DNA of 63,747 nt, counting the filler, from Licmophora abbreviata (Eukaryota), in assembly GCA_900291995.1 (NCBI GenBank). It is 6 parts of 6 records of this genome, joined end to end, with 100 filler letters (N's around TTAATTAATTAA, not from the genome) between each part and the next. Parts side by side here need not be neighbours in the genome. Positions count along the whole stretch, not along the records: positions 54,904 to 59,144 come from OLMU01004845.1; positions 59,245 to 62,281 come from OLMU01004846.1; positions 62,382 to 63,747 come from OLMU01004859.1; 3 more parts are not named here. One strand, written 5' to 3'. The notes beneath the pieces were generated by a model. The model searched no databases, had not been told where the DNA came from, and was given only the letters and a program-made list of their open reading frames with translations. Positions 59,000 through 63,747 of the stretch are shown in pieces. Every line of letters starts with the position of its first letter. Position 1 is the first letter of the stretch. The position numbers were made by a program, and so were the translations under genes.

Positions 59000-59144
59000 G
59001 ACAAAGGCAAATGCAGAGAATGTGTATCTTCGAAAGAGATGAAATTGAAGGGTCGGTCATGGTTCTTGTGAGTGAATGACGGCTTTTTGCAACGTCGCGC
59101 GGTGCAGTGCAGTGAGAGCTCTGTGGCTAAGGAAAACTTCTAGT

Positions 59145-59244
59145 NNNNNNNNNNNNNNNNNNNNNNNNNNNNNNNNNNNNNNNNNNNNTTAATTAATTAA
59201 NNNNNNNNNNNNNNNNNNNNNNNNNNNNNNNNNNNNNNNNNNNN
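59145..59244. other. Artificial scaffold linker
   Basis: N44-TTAATTAATTAA-N44. Confidence 0.97.
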
Positions 59245-59588
59245 GGAACCGAACACTAAAAACTTCAGTCGTGGCGTGTCAGTCCCGGTTGTCGGTTACT
59301 GCACCTGAGAGTTCTATCCACAACAACATCCACAGTTCGAATGCATTGCCATCCTTAAAAAATAGCTCCATGGGTGGCTACAATAGCATCAGCGAACCCG
59401 AACGACCGATACTACACACACACACACATCGTCCTAGCAGCAAAGCAAGAAAACATAAAACCAAACTCTCACTTCTAAGTTGTGCCTACTACTGCTTGCT
59501 GTTCACTTCAAACTTTGCAGGTGTAGATCTTGAACCATGAACCACAGATAAAACGACGCATTGCCTCCCATAGACAATCTATGCAGTC

Positions 59589-61993
59589 TTACTCGTCGGA
59601 TTCGACAATTTCAGCCTCAACTTCCTTGGGTTCCTCTTCGATCTCCGCATCCTGCACAGATTCTGTCGACATCATATTCATGACCCGCTTGGCAAAACTG
59701 CTCATGTCCTTGACGTCATATCCACTAGTCATGCTCGCCACGTCGTACATGAGAAGGGCAAAGTCCTTCGTCTCGTCACTTTCCTTGTTGTCTTCCACCA
59801 TGCGCTCCAGGTCCTTGACAATAGGATGATTCGGGTTGATTTCCATGACGGCTTGGTTCATTCCACCCATACCCATGTCTTCGCCACCCGACGCCACCGT
59901 CTGAGCGCGCATGTAGCGCTGCATGGTAGGACTCATGCCGTACGCACCCTGCACCAATGCAGCGGGTGAACCAACCAAGAGATCAGAGACCGTCACCTTT
60001 TGCACTTTACCTGCCAAAAGCGCCTCGAGGTATTCAATGACCGTTTTGTACTCGCTCTCAAGATCTTCCTTCTTCTTCTTGGCGTCTTCGTCCTCGTCCA
60101 GCTTGAGATTCTCCTTGGCGGCGTCGACAACGTCCAGCTCTTTGTAGCTGCGCAATGACTCCATCATGATTTCGTCGAGCGGTTCCGTTGCAAACAGAAC
60201 GTCGTATCCGCGGTTCGTCAGTTTCTCAACAGCTGGTGACATTGCCGCTGCTTCGCGTCCATCGCCCGTCACGTAGTAAATCGATTTTTGATCCTCGGGC
60301 ATGTTTTCAACGTACTCATCCAGTGAAGTGTACTCCTCTTCACTCTTACTCGAAAAGAAACGCAGCAAAGGCGAAATCTCCTTCTTATTCTTGTCGTCCT
60401 CAATAATGCCCACCTTGAGATACTTTCCAAAGTTGTTCCAGAACACAATGTACTTGGACGTGTCTTCATCTTCGGCAATGTCACGGATCATATCAAGACT
60501 TTTGCGCACGAGACGTTTGTTGATGATGCTCAGCACCTTACTCTTTTGCAGAATTTCACGACTGACATTCAACGGCAAGTCGTCGCTATCAACGACGCCT
60601 CGAACAAACTTGAGCCACCGCGGCATAAGGTCCTCAAACTTGTCATTGATAAAGACGCGCTTGACGTACAGCCGAATGTTGCGTGCATTCTCATCAAACA
60701 TGTCCTTGGACAATTCAAACGGCAACATACCAGGGATGTAAAGAATGGCCTTGCACTCCACTTGGCCCTCCAAGACGAAGTGAGAATGTCTCATTGGTTC
60801 ATCGTACGAGCTGCGAAATGCGCTCTTGTAAAAGTCCAGGTACTCATTCTCTTCCACATCTTTTGGGGATCGCAACCAAACGGGCTTGTTGTTGTTGATC
60901 TGTTCATATCCCTGCTTGGTTTCCGGAACCGTCTTCATCTTGGGTTCCTCTCCCTCTTCCACCTCGGCATCTTCGTCTGGGACTTGCTTATACTCAGTCG
61001 TTTCCTTCCAAACGGAAATTGGGAATTCGATAAACTCGGAATAACGCTGCAAGAGTTCGTCCATCTTGGTCGAATCCAAGTACTCTGCCGCATCTTCCTT
61101 GAGATGAAGAATGAGACGCGTTCCACTTGCTTCAATCGGATCTGACGAATCTTCAGAAATACTGTAGGAGCTTCCCGCCTTGGACGTCCATCGCAATTGC
61201 TTGGCATTCGGCTGCATGGATTTCGTCACAACTTCCACCTTGTCGGCTACCAAGTATGCCGAGTAGAACCCCACACCGAACTGTCCAATCAAGTTGACAT
61301 CGGCTGTGCCCTTTCCAAGTGCTTCTACAAAGGCTTTCGTACCACTCTGTGCAATCCGTCCGAGATTGTTGACCAGCTCCTCCTTGGTCATACCCACACC
61401 ACTATCCTCAATCGTGATGGTATTGGCATCTGGATCGCAGTTGATTTTGATTTCAGGTTTTTCCAAGGCACCATTCTCGGATGATTCGGTGATGCTCAAG
61501 AAACGCTTCTTGTCACAGGCATCGGCGGCGTTGCTGACGAGCTCGCGCAAAAAGACATCGCGGTCGCTGTAGAGGGAATTGATAATGATGTCCATGACCC
61601 TTCCGACTTCGGCCTGGAATCTGTACAAGATACGAAATTACGTATAGGAGTGAAATGAGTGGCATGCAGGATGCTTGCAGTGTCTGGTTAAATCTCGAAT
61701 AGACAGGTCGTCGTGTCGATCCTCAAAATTCCACTGCCCTCCTCCTCTCTACTCTAGCCTTATCCTTTTACTAACACTACTTACTCAAAGGTCTCTTCCG
61801 TCTTTTCGGCTGCCGCAGTTTCACTCATGCGCAGCCGCATCGGGCTCCTACTACTAGTAGCATGCTGGAAACGGGGCATGCCGACGACACCAAACTTGTT
61901 GTTGCGGTGGTTCGCAGCCGGTACAAAGGCCATTGTCGTGACGGCAGCCGTAGAGGCGACCAAGAAGGTCAATGCTGCGCTGGAGAACTTCAT
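59589..61993 (-). CDS. HSP90C: Plastid Hsp90 (HSP90C), 2 exons
   Basis: Exons 61993-61785 and 61620-59589 (TFE|FQAEV); FLRELVSNAADA, LGRIAQSGT, IGQFGVGFYSA, GVVDSDDLPLNVSRE; signal + MAFVP presequence; no MEEVD or HDEL tail. Confidence 0.93.
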
Positions 61994-62281
61994 TTGCAGT
62001 TTATTGGAGAGAGAGAGAGACGTTGTTGCTGTTGTACGAAAGAGAAAGATGTGATGGATCTTTCGAACGAAATCGTTTGAAACCTGTGCTCAGTTTGTGT
62101 TTGTGGTTGGCGCGCGATCTCAGAGTTCTCTGCTCCGTGTGGATGGACTGACTGACACAGATCCGACGTGGCTGATAACCCAAGTGACACGTGGAAGATA
62201 GGATATGGCGCGCCCGCCGATGATGTTGTGAAGAAAAAGGACGAAACATACGCACTACGGAAGTTGACATCACATGCTCAC

Positions 62282-62381
62282 NNNNNNNNNNNNNNNNNNN
62301 NNNNNNNNNNNNNNNNNNNNNNNNNTTAATTAATTAANNNNNNNNNNNNNNNNNNNNNNNNNNNNNNNNNNNNNNNNNNNN
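62282..62381. other. Artificial scaffold linker
   Basis: N44-TTAATTAATTAA-N44. Confidence 0.97.
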
Positions 62382-62382
62382 C

Positions 62383-63747
62383 GGTCAAAGGTTCAATAAT
62401 GATATTCCTTCCATGCAGAGCACATTGGGAGGCATGCTAAGGAGCGGCGACCGCAAAGTCTTAAATATTTACACTCTGCATCTCAGGAGTCTTGGGCTGG
62501 GAGTTGCCACTTTCCCAACGGCTTTTGCTGGCTTCAAAGATGGAGTGTACATCGACCACTGTACCGTGCCTGGAGGGAACGGCTGTGGAAAATACAACAC
62601 CGGAGATATTGCTGCGCATGAGACCGGACATTGGCTGGGGCTTTTACATCCGTTCGAGGGCGGGTGTAACGCTGAGCAGGGTGACTTTGTGAGTGATACC
62701 CCGGCACAAGCCCTTCCGATCTACAGTTGTCCGCCGCAAGGTGTCACCACAAATTCTTGTCCTGGTCTACCAGGGGACGATCTCCTCAACAACACCATGG
62801 GCTACAGCATAGACTGCTATGAAGGCTTCACGGAAGGTCAGGCGATAAGAATGCACGACCAATGGAAACTCTACCGCGAAGGAACGGGGGCTTGTAACCC
62901 CGATGAGGGCATTCTCTCAATCGAGATCAACACTGACGACGCACCACAAGATACTTTCTGGCGTGTCTATCTTGCCAATGGACAGCGAATCGCAATGGGG
63001 GAGTTTGGGGCCTCGGAGAAGAATGTCCGGCAGGTCGCTGATATCTGCGTACCATACAATGAAGCCATGTACTTTGGTTTGGGAGACGAGAGCTCGGATG
63101 GCTTGTCCGGACAGGAAGCATCCTTTCGTGTCCTGTTTGACGGCAAAGTACTCAGGGAAGACGCTACCTTCGATCGCTGGTCGGGCGTTGGATTCACTGT
63201 AATGAGTCGTCCAGCATGTCCGCCAGCCGAGGCGTTTGTGGCTGTCGATCTTCTCTTGGACTACAAGCCCAGCGAGACGACATGGAGAATCGAAGACTCA
63301 GGTCGCAATACCGTCTATTCTGAAAGCAGCTATATTCTCCGAAACACGACCGAGTACTTTGAAGGCGCATCAGTGAGGAGAGAGATGTGTTTACCTCGAA
63401 CAGGTCTCTACTATTTCATCGTCGAGGACAGCGCGAGCGATGGCTTCAGTAGCATCCGAAACGATGATGTCCCCTTCTTCCAAGTGTCCATCGACGGGCA
63501 TGTGGTCGTCCGTGAGGAGCTTTTCAACAACACCTTTGAGCAGTCGCTTGACTACAGCATCATCAGTGAAGTGCCTAGCTCATCTCCCACATCCAGTCCG
63601 ACTGAGACTCCTTCCTGGAGTCCCAGCTCCTCGCCAAGCGAAAGTCCGACGGATACCAAGTCCCGTGCTCCCAGCGTCGCGCCTTCCGCGACGCCCAGCT
63701 CGTTGCCAAGTGAGACGCCAACCGTCACCGAGTCATCTGCTCCGAGC
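62383..63747 (+). CDS. M43 (pappalysin/ulilysin-type) zinc metalloprotease with tandem accessory modules and P/S/T-rich stalk, partial at both ends
   Basis: Frame from 62383 is open to the window end: HETGHWLGLLHPFEGGC (His at 62617), GDFVSDTP, Met-turn NNTMGYS, FTEGQAIRM. Confidence 0.9.

Overview
Gene-dense eukaryotic nuclear DNA, most likely from a (pennate-like) diatom. Evidence: 67-164 nt GT-AG introns, a fucoxanthin-chlorophyll antenna gene, and several bipartite signal+'AF' plastid presequences. It is a scaffold of six contigs joined by identical artificial 100-nt N44-TTAATTAATTAA-N44 linkers. About 29 protein genes can be read. They include CYP51, argD, a plastid sigma factor, a DODA-type dioxygenase, VPS54, an FCP, O-acetylhomoserine sulfhydrylase (with a frameshift), uL22m, exportin-1, a prolyl 4-hydroxylase, a glutamate-receptor-like channel, a GABA-B-like GPCR, plastid Hsp90, and an M43 metalloprotease missed by the ORF track. 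The strongest unexplained signal is in the first 17 kb. A phytase-like/alkaline phosphatase gene and a predicted GPI-anchored 5'-nucleotidase both have promoters with clustered YGAATCTH boxes, the motif reported for the diatom phosphate-starvation regulator PSR. They lie next to a single-chain FetB+FetA (STAR2+STAR1-like) ABC transporter fusion, which suggests a loose phosphate-scavenging neighbourhood. I found no RNA genes, transposons or CRISPR arrays. All product calls come from motif recognition by eye, with no database searches.
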